From positions 1-64,000 of the forward strand of contig JBKOZJ010000008.1 in the NCBI GenBank assembly GCA_046725875.1: a stretch of 64,000 nucleotides of DNA, read 5' to 3'. The position numbers were made by a program, and so were the translations under genes. Position 1 is the stretch's first letter. Each line of letters begins with the position of its first letter. Below the pieces are notes generated by a model. The model worked only from the letters and a program-made list of their open reading frames with translations, ran no database searches and was not told where the DNA came from. Origin of the DNA: Actinomycetota bacterium. GTDB lineage: Bacteria > Actinomycetota > Actinomycetes > JAKEEW01. Positions 10,837-20,330 of this stretch are shown here, in pieces.

Positions 10837-11772
10837 ATGCGCGCCGGCCACCAAGCCCCGGCGACGGAGAATTGGGCGCTGTCGATGCGCGGCGTCGTCA
10901 AGCGGTATGGCGAGATCACGGCGGTGGACGGGCTGGACCTCGACGTCGCGACCGGGATCTGCCTTGGCCTGCTCGGCCCCAACGGTGCCGGCAAGTCGAC
11001 CACGATGCGCATGTTGACGGCGCAGACTCGGGCCGACGAGGGCTCGATCGAGGTCCTGGGGTTCCAAATCCCTGATGAGTCGAAACACGCCCGAGCCATG
11101 ATGGGAGTCGTTCCCCAGCAGGACAATCTCGACGTCGAATTGACCGCTCGGGAGAATCTCCAGGTCTTCGCGCACTTGTATCGAGTGCCGGCCAGGGAGC
11201 GCCGGCAAGCTGTCCAGCAGGCGCTCGACCTCGCCCAGCTCGTTGATCGGGCCGACACCAAGACCGAGAGCCTGTCCGGCGGTATGCGGCGTCGCCTGCT
11301 CATCGCGCGTGGTCTCGTGCACCGCCCGAGCCTCGTCTTGCTTGACGAGCCGACGGTCGGGCTCGACCCGCAGGTTCGGCAGGGGCTTTGGGCGCTGATC
11401 GACCGGCTCCGGTCCGACGGGGTGACCGTGCTCATGTCGACTCACTACATCGAGGAGGCCGAGCGGCTGGCCGACTCTGTGGCGATCATGTCGCACGGCC
11501 GGATCATCGCCCGGGACACGCCTCGCGCACTGCTGGACCAGCACGCCGGGAAGGAGGCGATCGAGTTCTACGGGTCGCCGGACCGGTTGGTCGAGGTCGA
11601 GCGGATCGCGGCCGCCGCGGGTCTGCCCACTCGCCGTACTGGTCCTTCGGTGTCCGTGCTGCGGGCCGAGGCGATGCCCGCTGACCTGGCCGCAGAGCTC
11701 GGCCCTGGCGCACCACGGGCGAGCAACCTCGAAGACGTCTTTGTGATCCTCACCGGGGAGTCGGTGGAATGA
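10837..11772 (+). CDS. ABC exporter ATP-binding protein (NodI/DrrA-like)
   Basis: GPNGAGKST, VPQQDNLD, LSGGM, LLDEPTVGLDPQ. Confidence 0.92.
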   Translation: MRAGHQAPATENWALSMRGVVKRYGEITAVDGLDLDVATGICLGLLGPNGAGKSTTMRMLTAQTRADEGSIEVLGFQIPDESKHARAMMGVVPQQDNLDVELTARENLQVFAHLYRVPARERRQAVQQALDLAQLVDRADTKTESLSGGMRRRLLIARGLVHRPSLVLLDEPTVGLDPQVRQGLWALIDRLRSDGVTVLMSTHYIEEAERLADSVAIMSHGRIIARDTPRALLDQHAGKEAIEFYGSPDRLVEVERIAAAAGLPTRRTGPSVSVLRAEAMPADLAAELGPGAPRASNLEDVFVILTGESVE

Positions 11773-12611
11773 GCGAGACCCCTACGGTGGTCGCCCAGCC
11801 TGAGGCGATCGGCCGGTCGGGTACGGTGCGATCGGCATATCGCCTCCGCTGGTTCGAACCGCAGACCATCGCGGCCGTGTGGACTCACGAGCTCGCCCTC
11901 TACAAGCGATATTGGGCGTCGACGACCTTCTCCTCGGTCGTCGAGCCGACGATTTACCTGCTCGCCTTCGGCTGGGGCTTCGGTTCACTCGTCTCGGTGG
12001 TCGCCGGCTATCGGTACATCGAGTTCGTCGGCACCGGGGTGGTAGCGACCGCGGTGCTCTTCACCTCGGCCTTCGCCGGCATGTTCGTGACCTATGTCCG
12101 CCGGCACTACCAGCAGACCTACAACGCGATGCTTGCGACGCCGGTCGACGTTCACGAGATCGTGACCGGCGAGGCGGCCTGGCACGCGGCCAAAGCGGGG
12201 GTCTACGGCTGCGCTCCGCTGCTGGTCGCGATCGTCTTCGGTCTCGACCCGGCCTGGGGAATGCTCGTCGTGCCGCTGGTCGGCTTCCTCACCGGGCTCG
12301 GTTTCGCGCTCTTCGGCATCTGGACTTCGGCGCTCGTGCCCTCGATTGACAGCTTCAACTACATCATCTCCGCCGTGATCACGCCGCTCTTCCTGGTCGC
12401 CGGCACCTTCTTCCCGCTCGAGGAGCTTCCTCAGTGGGCGCAGGTGCTAGCGCATTTCAACCCGCTCTACCACTGTGTGGAGCTGGTTCGGGACGCGGCG
12501 TTCGGCTTCCAGCCGCTCGCCGACCTCTACCACGTTTTCGCCTTGGCCGTGTTCGCAGGCTTGATGTGGGCGCTAGCCAACCACTACATGACCAAGCGGT
12601 TGATCGACTGA
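11769..12611 (+). CDS. ABC-2 type permease (NodJ-like)
   Basis: About 6 TM segments, EP.IYLLAFG.G.G, GTFFP, NPLYHCVEL. Confidence 0.9.
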   Translation: MSETPTVVAQPEAIGRSGTVRSAYRLRWFEPQTIAAVWTHELALYKRYWASTTFSSVVEPTIYLLAFGWGFGSLVSVVAGYRYIEFVGTGVVATAVLFTSAFAGMFVTYVRRHYQQTYNAMLATPVDVHEIVTGEAAWHAAKAGVYGCAPLLVAIVFGLDPAWGMLVVPLVGFLTGLGFALFGIWTSALVPSIDSFNYIISAVITPLFLVAGTFFPLEELPQWAQVLAHFNPLYHCVELVRDAAFGFQPLADLYHVFALAVFAGLMWALANHYMTKRLID

Positions 12612-12764
12612 CGTCTCGCCGCCCGTCCGGGCCGCCGCCCCCCGTGCGGGGCCGACCACCGTCCGAGGCTCGCTACTAGGGTTGAGCCGAGCCTCAGCTT
12701 GTACGGCAACCGGCCCGCTTCCCGGCTTGCCGTACCCACCAATCGATCGCAATGGAGTGTTCTG

Positions 12765-14189
12765 ATGACTGACCAGTCCGACGCCGGGCGGTCCAAGCTA
12801 GAGGATGCCGGCTACCGGGTGGAGCGCGACTCGATGGGCGACATTCGGGTCCCCGCGGACGCCAAGTGGAGCGCGCAGACCCAGCGCGCTGTTGAGAACT
12901 TCCCCGTGTCCGGGCTGCGCCTGGAAAGGTCGCACATCGAGGCGCTCGCGCGGATCAAGGCGGCGGCCGCGAAGGTGAACGCCGAGCTCGGCGTCCTCGA
13001 CAAAGATCTCGCCGATGCGATCGCCGAGGCGGCCGAGGAGGTCGCAGCCGGCCGCTGGGATGCGCACTTCCCGATCGACGTGTTCCAGACGGGCTCCGGC
13101 ACCTCAAGCAACATGAACGCGAACGAGGTCATCGCGACGCTCGCCACCGAGAAGCTTGGTCGGCCCGTTCACCCCAACGACCACGTCAATGCCTCACAGT
13201 CGTCCAACGACGTGTTCCCGTCCTCGATCCATGTGGCCGCCACATCGGCCGTGGTCAACGACCTCCGCCCGGCCCTCGATCACCTCGCGAAGGCCCTGGA
13301 GGCCAAGGCCACCGGATGGGACGATGTCGTGAAGTCCGGCCGCACCCACCTGATGGACGCGACCCCGGTAACGCTGGGTCAGGAGTTCGGTGGCTACGCG
13401 GCCGCGGTGCGCTACGGCATCGAGCGGCTACACGCCGTGCTCCCCCGGGTCGCCGAGCTGCCGCTAGGCGGTACGGCGGTGGGGACCGGGATCAACACGC
13501 CACCTGGCTTCCCGGCTGCCGTCATCCGAGAGGTCGCCGCGGCGACGGGCCTGCCCCTGACCGAGGCCAGGGATCATTTCGAGGCACAAGGCGCGCGCGA
13601 TGGGTTGGTCGAGCTCTCCGGGCAGCTGCGCACGATCGCGGTCTCGCTTTACAAGATCAGCAACGATGTCCGCTGGATGGGATCCGGACCCAGGACCGGC
13701 CTGACCGAGATCTTCCTACCCGACCTTCAGCCCGGCTCGTCGATCATGCCGGGCAAGGTCAACCCTGTGATCCCAGAGGCGTTGTGCATGGTGTGCGCGC
13801 AGGTCATCGGGAACGACGCCGCGATCGCGTTCGGTGGTGCGGCCGGCAACTTCGAGCTCAACGTGATGCTGCCCATACTCGCCAGGAACATTCTCGAGTC
13901 CATCCGGCTCCTCGCCAACACTTCGCGGTTGTTTGCGGACAGGTGCGTGACCGGCCTGGAGGCGAACGTAGAGCGGTGTCGTGAGTACGCCGAGTCGTCA
14001 CCGTCGATCGTGACCCCGCTCAACCGGTACATCGGCTACGAGGAGGCCGCGAAGGTAGCCAAGCAGGCACTCGCCGAGCGCAAGACCATCAAGCAGGTCG
14101 TGCTCGAGCGGGGCTACGTCGATCAGGGCAAGATCACGGCCGAGCAGTTGGACGCCGTACTCGACGTTCTCTCCATGACGCACCCATAG
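12765..14189 (+). CDS. fumC: Fumarate hydratase class II
   Basis: [40 protein letters not shown]. Confidence 0.96.
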   Translation: MTDQSDAGRSKLEDAGYRVERDSMGDIRVPADAKWSAQTQRAVENFPVSGLRLERSHIEALARIKAAAAKVNAELGVLDKDLADAIAEAAEEVAAGRWDAHFPIDVFQTGSGTSSNMNANEVIATLATEKLGRPVHPNDHVNASQSSNDVFPSSIHVAATSAVVNDLRPALDHLAKALEAKATGWDDVVKSGRTHLMDATPVTLGQEFGGYAAAVRYGIERLHAVLPRVAELPLGGTAVGTGINTPPGFPAAVIREVAAATGLPLTEARDHFEAQGARDGLVELSGQLRTIAVSLYKISNDVRWMGSGPRTGLTEIFLPDLQPGSSIMPGKVNPVIPEALCMVCAQVIGNDAAIAFGGAAGNFELNVMLPILARNILESIRLLANTSRLFADRCVTGLEANVERCREYAESSPSIVTPLNRYIGYEEAAKVAKQALAERKTIKQVVLERGYVDQGKITAEQLDAVLDVLSMTHP

Positions 14190-14206
14190 CTTCGCGCTGT
14201 GGACGC

Positions 14207-14253
14207 GTAGAAGGTGCCCCTACTCCAACCTGCTGCGGTAAGGGCGCTTCTAC
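14207..14253. terminator. Imperfect hairpin between convergent fumC and phoH-family gene
   Basis: GTAGAAGGTGCCCCTAC ... GTAAGGGCGCTTCTAC inverted repeat. Confidence 0.55.
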
Positions 14254-14263
14254 TAAACCGGCC

Positions 14264-15580
14264 TTAGTCCTCCAGCATCTCGGTCACAAGGGCCGCGATG
14301 GGAGAGCGCTCTGATCTCGTGAGAGTCACATGGGCGAAGAGCGGGTGGCCCTTGAGCTTCTCGATGACCGCGACCACCCCGTCGTAGCGACCTACCCGTA
14401 GGTTGTCGCGCTGTGCGATGTCATGGGTGAGTACGACCCGGGAGCCGGCGCCGATCCTCGAGAGTACTGTCAGCAGAACGTTGCGTTCGAGCGACTGGGC
14501 CTCGTCAACGACCACGAATGAGTCGTGCAGCGATCGCCCCCTGATATGGGTCAGCGGCAACACCTCGAGCATGCCCCGGTCGAGCACTTCGTCGATGACG
14601 TCCTTCTGCACCAGCGCGCCGAGGGTGTCGAAGACCGCCTGCGACCACGGCGACATCTTCTCGTGCTCGGAACCCGGCAGGTAGCCCAACTCTTGGCCGC
14701 CGACGGCGTACAAGGGTCGGAAGACCAGAACCTTCCGGTGCTGCCGTCGCTCGAGCACCGACTCCATGCCGGCACACAACGCCAGCGCGGACTTGCCAGT
14801 GCCGGCCCGGCCGCCCAGCGAGATGATGCCGATCTCCTGGTCTAGCAGCAGGTCAAGCGCCACGCGCTGCTCGGCGCTCCGGCCACGAAGTCCGAATGCC
14901 TCGCGGTCGCCGCGTACCAGGCGTACCTGCTTCCCCGGAGTCACCCGGCCGAGGGCGCTGCCCCGACCGGATGACAGCACGATCCCGGTATGACACGGCA
15001 GATCCCGCGCGGAATCGAGGTCGATGCGCTCCTCGTCGTACAGGCGGTTGAGGGCATCAGCCGGGACATCAAGATCGACCATACCGGTCCAGCCCGACTC
15101 GACGACGCCCTCGGCGCGATACTCCTCCGCGGCAAGACCAACGGCGGACGCCTTGACCCGCAGCGGCAGGTCCTTGGAGACCAAGACGACGTCCCGCCCG
15201 TCCGCGGCGAGGTTCCGCCCAACCGCGAGGATGCGGGTGTCGTTGTCGCCCAGCCGGAAGCCAGGCGGCAGGACGTCAGCGTCGGTGTGGTTGAGCTCGA
15301 CGTGGATGGTCCCACCCGAGTCGCTGATCGGGATGGGCGCGTCCAGGCGGCCGCCCGCGAGCCGAAAATCGTCGAGCAAGCGGAGCGCGGCGCGGGCGAA
15401 ATATCCGAGCTCAGGATGGTGGCGCTTGGCTTCCAGCTCGGTGATCACCACGACGGGGATCACGACCTCGTGCTCATCGAAACGCAGCATGGCGCGGGGA
15501 TCGGCGAGCAGGACGCTGGTGTCTAGAACATAGGTACGCCGTCGGCCGGGGGTGCGACGGCTGGGGTCGCTGTTCGCCAC
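14264..15580 (-). CDS. PhoH-family protein with N-terminal PIN domain (PhoH2-like)
   Basis: [12 protein letters not shown] domain, [28 protein letters not shown]. Confidence 0.93.
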   Translation of the reverse strand: MANSDPSRRTPGRRRTYVLDTSVLLADPRAMLRFDEHEVVIPVVVITELEAKRHHPELGYFARAALRLLDDFRLAGGRLDAPIPISDSGGTIHVELNHTDADVLPPGFRLGDNDTRILAVGRNLAADGRDVVLVSKDLPLRVKASAVGLAAEEYRAEGVVESGWTGMVDLDVPADALNRLYDEERIDLDSARDLPCHTGIVLSSGRGSALGRVTPGKQVRLVRGDREAFGLRGRSAEQRVALDLLLDQEIGIISLGGRAGTGKSALALCAGMESVLERRQHRKVLVFRPLYAVGGQELGYLPGSEHEKMSPWSQAVFDTLGALVQKDVIDEVLDRGMLEVLPLTHIRGRSLHDSFVVVDEAQSLERNVLLTVLSRIGAGSRVVLTHDIAQRDNLRVGRYDGVVAVIEKLKGHPLFAHVTLTRSERSPIAALVTEMLED

Positions 15581-15721
15581 AGATGCCCTCTCGGGGCAGC
15601 GGTCGGATGCCGTTGCCTTGTCATCACGGTACCCGCGGGAACGTGAAGCGATGCGGAGCGTTTCCGTGGGGTGCGTGCCCGCGGGACCTGGCCAACGCAA
15701 AGAGACTTCGGACCCGCGTCA

Positions 15722-16483
15722 CTAGGAGCCGAAGCGACGGCGCCGGGCGGCGTAGTCGCGCAGCGCTCGCAGGAAGTCGACGTGTCGGAAGTCGGGCCAG
15801 TAGGCCTCGCAGAAGTACAGCTCGGTATGAGCGGACTGCCAGAGCAGAAAGCCGGAGAGCCGCTGCTCCCCCGACGTGCGAATGACCAGGTCGGGATCTG
15901 GCTGACCCCTGGTGTAGAGGTGCTCCGCGATGTGCTCGACGTCAAGGATCTCGGCAAGCTCCTCGATGGAGGTTCCGCGGCTCGCGTGATCCTGCAGCAG
16001 CGAGCGGACCGCATCGGCGATCTCCCGGCGCCCGCCGTAGCCGACCGCCACATTGATAAGCAACCCAAGGTTGGCGGCGGTTGCCTCGTCGGCCTCCTTG
16101 AGCACTCGGGCAGTCTCGGGTGGAAGGAGGTCCGGAGCGCCGACCGGATGAACCCGCCATCGCTCGGTCGACGCGAGATCACGCACCGCGTCCTCGATGA
16201 TGCGCAGCAGCGGCTGGAGCTGCTCTTTAGGTCGATTCAGGTTGTCGGTCGACAGCAGCCACAGCGTCACGAGCTCGACTCCGACCTCGTCGCACCACTC
16301 GAGCAGCTCGTGGATCTTACCGGCGCCGCGCCGGTGGCCCACGGCCGGCGCCTGCCCAGCCTCCTTAGCCCACCGCCGGTTGCCGTCGATGATCACGCCA
16401 ACGTGGCGGGGAATTCGATCCTTCGGCAGGTCCGCGAGCAGACGCCGCTCGTAGACGCCGTAGATCAGTTCCCGCAGCCCCAT
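15722..16483 (-). CDS. cis-isoprenyl diphosphate synthase (UppS family, short-chain Z-farnesyl type likely)
   Basis: PRHVGVIIDGNRRWA, LLSTDNLNRP, YGGRREI, DPDLVIRTSGEQRLSGFLLWQ. Confidence 0.93.
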   Translation of the reverse strand: MGLRELIYGVYERRLLADLPKDRIPRHVGVIIDGNRRWAKEAGQAPAVGHRRGAGKIHELLEWCDEVGVELVTLWLLSTDNLNRPKEQLQPLLRIIEDAVRDLASTERWRVHPVGAPDLLPPETARVLKEADEATAANLGLLINVAVGYGGRREIADAVRSLLQDHASRGTSIEELAEILDVEHIAEHLYTRGQPDPDLVIRTSGEQRLSGFLLWQSAHTELYFCEAYWPDFRHVDFLRALRDYAARRRRFGS

Positions 16484-16863
16484 CTTCCGCCAGCCGCCCC
16501 TTGATCGTGATATAGGTATTCCGGCCTACCCCCGGCCGAGAACCCTACTCGTACCGACGGGATTGGGTGGGTGCTGCGTTGCTTACACCGTGAGAGGCGG
16601 CCCAATCCTCCGGTGGTGCGGGTCCTCCGACGACACGAGCCACTGGGCCGGTGTACCGCAAGGTTCTGGAGCAAAGCGATCAAGCTTTGTGGGGTGCCTC
16701 GGTCGTTCCACCACGCAAGACCCCGGGTATGCTCCGCGACAACGTGCCCCACATGCCCGCCCGGGGCGGCAGGTAGGTCCGGTCGCCGGTTCGCCGCCAG
16801 CTCCGCCAAGGTGCTCCGGCCGACCGGCTACACGGTCTGCCGGCCGATCGAAAGGACCGCCAC

Positions 16864-18411
16864 GTGGCGATCGAGCTTCCCCCAGCGAAGTCGGTCATCG
16901 CTAACCCGAGCCAGGATGAGCTCAAGCATTATGTCGCTCAGATGCCGAATGCCCGGCTCACCGAGTTCGGCAATTACAACGTCAAGGCGCGGGTTACCGC
17001 CCGGTCCGCCGGCTCCACCTTCATCGTCAGCGACGACCCGAGCCGTACAACCAAGCAGACGATGCCGCGAGAGGAATACGACCCGATAGCCGCGGCCCAG
17101 GCCGAGTACATTGCCGGCGCGGACATGGTCCTGCTCGAGGGTTATATCGGTCCCGAGAACTCGCCGCTGCGTCGGCCGGCCCGGGTCTATATCGAGCGGG
17201 CGAACTCCAACATCCCGGCCATGCAGCAGCAGCTCTACTACTCGAAGGACAGCGAGTGGCGGGAAGAGGAGGCGCTGACGGTCATCTACACGCCCAACTG
17301 TCCGGCGCCGGGCTCGTACCCGGACGACCGCCTGGTCACGATCGACCTCGACAACTGGGTCACCCGCGTCTTCAACATCGACTACTTCGGCGAGTCGAAG
17401 ATGGGCGGCCTCCGGATGTGGATGGAGTGGGTCTATCAACAAGACGCGCTCGCCATGCATGCCGGTGCGAAGGTGATCCCGACCGCCAACGGTGACAAGG
17501 TCGTCCTCATCGTCGGACTGTCCGGAACCGGCAAGACGACGACCACCTTCACCCGGCAGAACAACTCGCTGCCGGTGCAGGACGACATCGTTGCCCTGGT
17601 GGCCGGTGGCGACGCGTACGCCACCGAGAACGGCTGCTTCGCCAAGACCTACGGCCTAGATCCCGCCTACGAGCCGACGATCTACGGCGCGCTGGCGACC
17701 CCCGCCGGCTGGCTCGAGAACGTCGCCGTGGACGCGGACGGCAAGGTTGACTTCTTCGACGCTTCCTACACCGCCAACGGGCGCGGCACCTTCGGCCTCT
17801 CGGAGATCCCGCACTTCGACCCGCGCAAGCTCGGCAAGGCCGACGTCCTGCTGATCCTCAACCGGAACGAGTCGATCATTCCGGCCGTGGCGAAGATGGC
17901 GAACAAGGAGCAGGCCGTCGCCTACTACATGCTGGGCGAGACCAAGGGCACCTCGGCCGGCGGTAAGGCGGAGGCGGGCAAGTTCTTGCGGGTTCCGGGC
18001 ACGAACCCGTTCTTCATGGGACACGACCACGAGCAGGGCAACCGGCTTGGCCAGATGATCGACGCGATGGACTACGACTTCCAGGTGTACGTCCTGAACA
18101 CCGGCCGGATCGGTGGCGGCGACGACGACGAGCGATCGAAGAAGGTGACGATCCCGCACACCTCCGCGATCGTGAAGGCGATCGCCGAAGGAACCATCGA
18201 GTGGGAGACCGACCCTGAGTTCGGCTACCTCGTTGCCGCCTCGGTGCCGGGCTTCGACGACCCCGAGCTACTGCAGCCGCGCAAGCTGTACGAGCGGCAG
18301 GGCCGGCGGGCCGAGTACGAGGAGCTGGTCGCGAACCTCAAGGCCGAACGGCGCGAGTACATGAGGCAGCACGCCGGTCTCGGCCGCGAGGTCATCGAAG
18401 CCCTCGGCTAA
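16864..18411 (+). CDS. pckA: Phosphoenolpyruvate carboxykinase, ATP-type (divergent)
   Basis: YFGESK, MHAG, GLSGTGKTT kinase-1a, QDD, ENGCFAKT, LENV, NGR, VYVLNTG. Confidence 0.85.
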   Translation: MAIELPPAKSVIANPSQDELKHYVAQMPNARLTEFGNYNVKARVTARSAGSTFIVSDDPSRTTKQTMPREEYDPIAAAQAEYIAGADMVLLEGYIGPENSPLRRPARVYIERANSNIPAMQQQLYYSKDSEWREEEALTVIYTPNCPAPGSYPDDRLVTIDLDNWVTRVFNIDYFGESKMGGLRMWMEWVYQQDALAMHAGAKVIPTANGDKVVLIVGLSGTGKTTTTFTRQNNSLPVQDDIVALVAGGDAYATENGCFAKTYGLDPAYEPTIYGALATPAGWLENVAVDADGKVDFFDASYTANGRGTFGLSEIPHFDPRKLGKADVLLILNRNESIIPAVAKMANKEQAVAYYMLGETKGTSAGGKAEAGKFLRVPGTNPFFMGHDHEQGNRLGQMIDAMDYDFQVYVLNTGRIGGGDDDERSKKVTIPHTSAIVKAIAEGTIEWETDPEFGYLVAASVPGFDDPELLQPRKLYERQGRRAEYEELVANLKAERREYMRQHAGLGREVIEALG

Positions 18412-18498
18412 CCCCAGCCACTCCCCCGGATCGGCTGCGAGTCCGCTCCGGCCGCGGCAGGGTTACCACTTCAGCCGACGGAGATCGCCCTGCTGGGC

Positions 18499-19110
18499 TC
18501 ATTTGCTCTCATCCCCATGAGCGAGACCGTCGAAGACGACGGCGAGCGCACGGGCCTGGTCGCTTTGATCAAGTCGTCCGTGAGCGGCGGCGCGAGACAT
18601 TCCGATCAGGAGGGCATAGAACTCGGGGAGTCCGATATCGTCGCGCACCGCACCGGCATTTTGGGCCTGCTCAAGCAGGACTCCGACAGCCTGACGTAGC
18701 TCTCCTGAAGCCCGCTCTGCCCGGCCTGCCGGGCGATTGCCGCCGATATCCACGAGGGCGTCCGCAATCGCGATCTTGGTCGCCGCATCCGCCACCGTCG
18801 CGGTGAAAAAGTCGAAGAGCGCTCGCCGGGGATCCGCCGTGGCGGCGAGGTCGGTGGCTTGGTCTCGCAGCCGTTCGAGGCGGCGGACCAGTACGGCCTC
18901 AAGGAGCGCCGCCTTGGTCGGGAAGTGCCGGAAGACAGTCGCGATGCCGACGCCCGCCAGACGCGCAACCTCCTCGGTCGACGTCAACTCGCCGCCTGCG
19001 CCAAACACCTCCTCGGCGACATCCAGGATGCGGCTGCGGTTGATTCGCGCGTCGGCCCGCCGCGGCGGGTCCGGTGCGTTTGGGCCGGCGGCGTCTCGTT
19101 GCTCACCCAT
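18499..19110 (-). CDS. TetR/AcrR-family regulator
   Basis: RADARINRSRIL..A..VF, EEVARLAGVGIATVFRHFPTK. Confidence 0.93.
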   Translation of the reverse strand: MGEQRDAAGPNAPDPPRRADARINRSRILDVAEEVFGAGGELTSTEEVARLAGVGIATVFRHFPTKAALLEAVLVRRLERLRDQATDLAATADPRRALFDFFTATVADAATKIAIADALVDIGGNRPAGRAERASGELRQAVGVLLEQAQNAGAVRDDIGLPEFYALLIGMSRAAAHGRLDQSDQARALAVVFDGLAHGDESK

Positions 19111-19138
19111 CGCACCTCGAGCGCGCGTCGCTAGACAA

Positions 19139-19181
19139 CCGGAGTGACCACTCCGAATAATTACCGGAGTTGTCACTCCGG
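19139..19181. promoter_or_regulatory. Paired palindromic operators in the divergent tetR/SnoaL intergenic region
   Basis: CCGGAGT-GACC-ACTCCGA (19139-19156) and CCGGAGT-TGTC-ACTCCGG (19164-19181). Confidence 0.75.
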
Positions 19182-19225
19182 ATAGTACTGATGACACATC
19201 AGGGTTCACCCGAAGGCCGCGCTTT

Positions 19226-19678
19226 ATGACCCAGTCGCCAAGTCCGGCAGAGGTATTCGGTCGGCTCGTGCACGCCATCGCCGAGCGCCGGTGGGAGGAC
19301 GCGGTCAACCTCTACGCGGAACGAATTGAGGTCGTGCACCCGTTCCACCCGTTGCGAGCGCCCGCCCTGCGCAGCCGTGCAGAGCTGCGAGAGCACTTTC
19401 GGCCGGGCGACATGCCGTTGCCCGACATCCGCCGCCGTCCCGCAAAGATAAAGATCCACGAAACAACCGATCCCGAAGTGATCGTCGCCGAGTTCGAGTA
19501 TCAAGGCACCGTGCTGGATACCGGCGAGGAGTTCAGCCTGCCCTGCATATTCGTGCTGCGCGTTCGGCAGGGGCAGATCGTCGCCTCCCGCGACTATCTC
19601 GACCATTTTCGCGCAGCCCGGGTGTGGGGCGTGCTCGACGAGTTCATCGAGGCGGCTAAGTCGGCCTCCGCGCCATGA
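19226..19678 (+). CDS. NTF2/SnoaL-like domain protein
   Basis: LYAE...V.HPF, HETTDPEVIVAEFEY.G, IFVLRVR.GQIV.SRDY. Confidence 0.88.
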   Translation: MTQSPSPAEVFGRLVHAIAERRWEDAVNLYAERIEVVHPFHPLRAPALRSRAELREHFRPGDMPLPDIRRRPAKIKIHETTDPEVIVAEFEYQGTVLDTGEEFSLPCIFVLRVRQGQIVASRDYLDHFRAARVWGVLDEFIEAAKSASAP

Positions 19679-19737
19679 TCGTCAAGTGCGGGTTCGCGGC
19701 CCACGACAGGAGCCGCCGCGACGACCGATCGTCGCGA

Positions 19738-20271
19738 TCAGACCATCGACGGGCGGTCAGGGCCGGCGCGGCGGACGCGCTCTACGTATTGCATCGCCTC
19801 GCGCAGGTCAGCAAGCCAGGAGTCGGTGTTCTTCGCGACCAGCTTCACGCACCAGGCGAGCGCCTCGCTGCGGCTACGAGCGACGCCCGCGGCGACCAGG
19901 GTGTCGAGCACCTGACGCTCGGGCTGGCGCAGTCTGGTCATCACCGGAACCGAGACCGCAGTGAAGAGCTCGCGCTCGCCACCACAGCGCACTCCCCAGG
20001 CGACCTTGTGCCGGGTGGCGTGCTCAAGCTGGCGGGCTAGCTCGACCCGGCGATCTCTCGTGCGCTCACGGAACTCCTTGATCCGGCCGGCGATCGCCGC
20101 CAGCCGTTCGGCGTCGGAAGCGTCCGCCGCGACCTCAGGAGCGCCGATCGTACCGACGATCGTGATCTCTTCCCGGTCGACGATGAGCTCGGGCGCACGC
20201 TCGAACCAGTCCTGGGGAAGTTGCCCGGAAAGCCAAGCCCTGATCCTCTCGATCACGTCCCCTGTGGTCAC
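19738..20271 (-). CDS. Conserved hypothetical protein with putative C-terminal ribbon-helix-helix
   Basis: W..G.LP.DWF, VDREEI.IVG, FRE.TR; C-terminal VMTRLRQPERQVLDTLV.AGVARSRSEALAW. Confidence 0.8.
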   Translation of the reverse strand: MTTGDVIERIRAWLSGQLPQDWFERAPELIVDREEITIVGTIGAPEVAADASDAERLAAIAGRIKEFRERTRDRRVELARQLEHATRHKVAWGVRCGGERELFTAVSVPVMTRLRQPERQVLDTLVAAGVARSRSEALAWCVKLVAKNTDSWLADLREAMQYVERVRRAGPDRPSMV

Positions 20272-20330
20272 GTAATCGAGATTACATGTGAGTGCATGGT
20301 CGTTTCGCTTTGAGCGAAACCGACACGACG

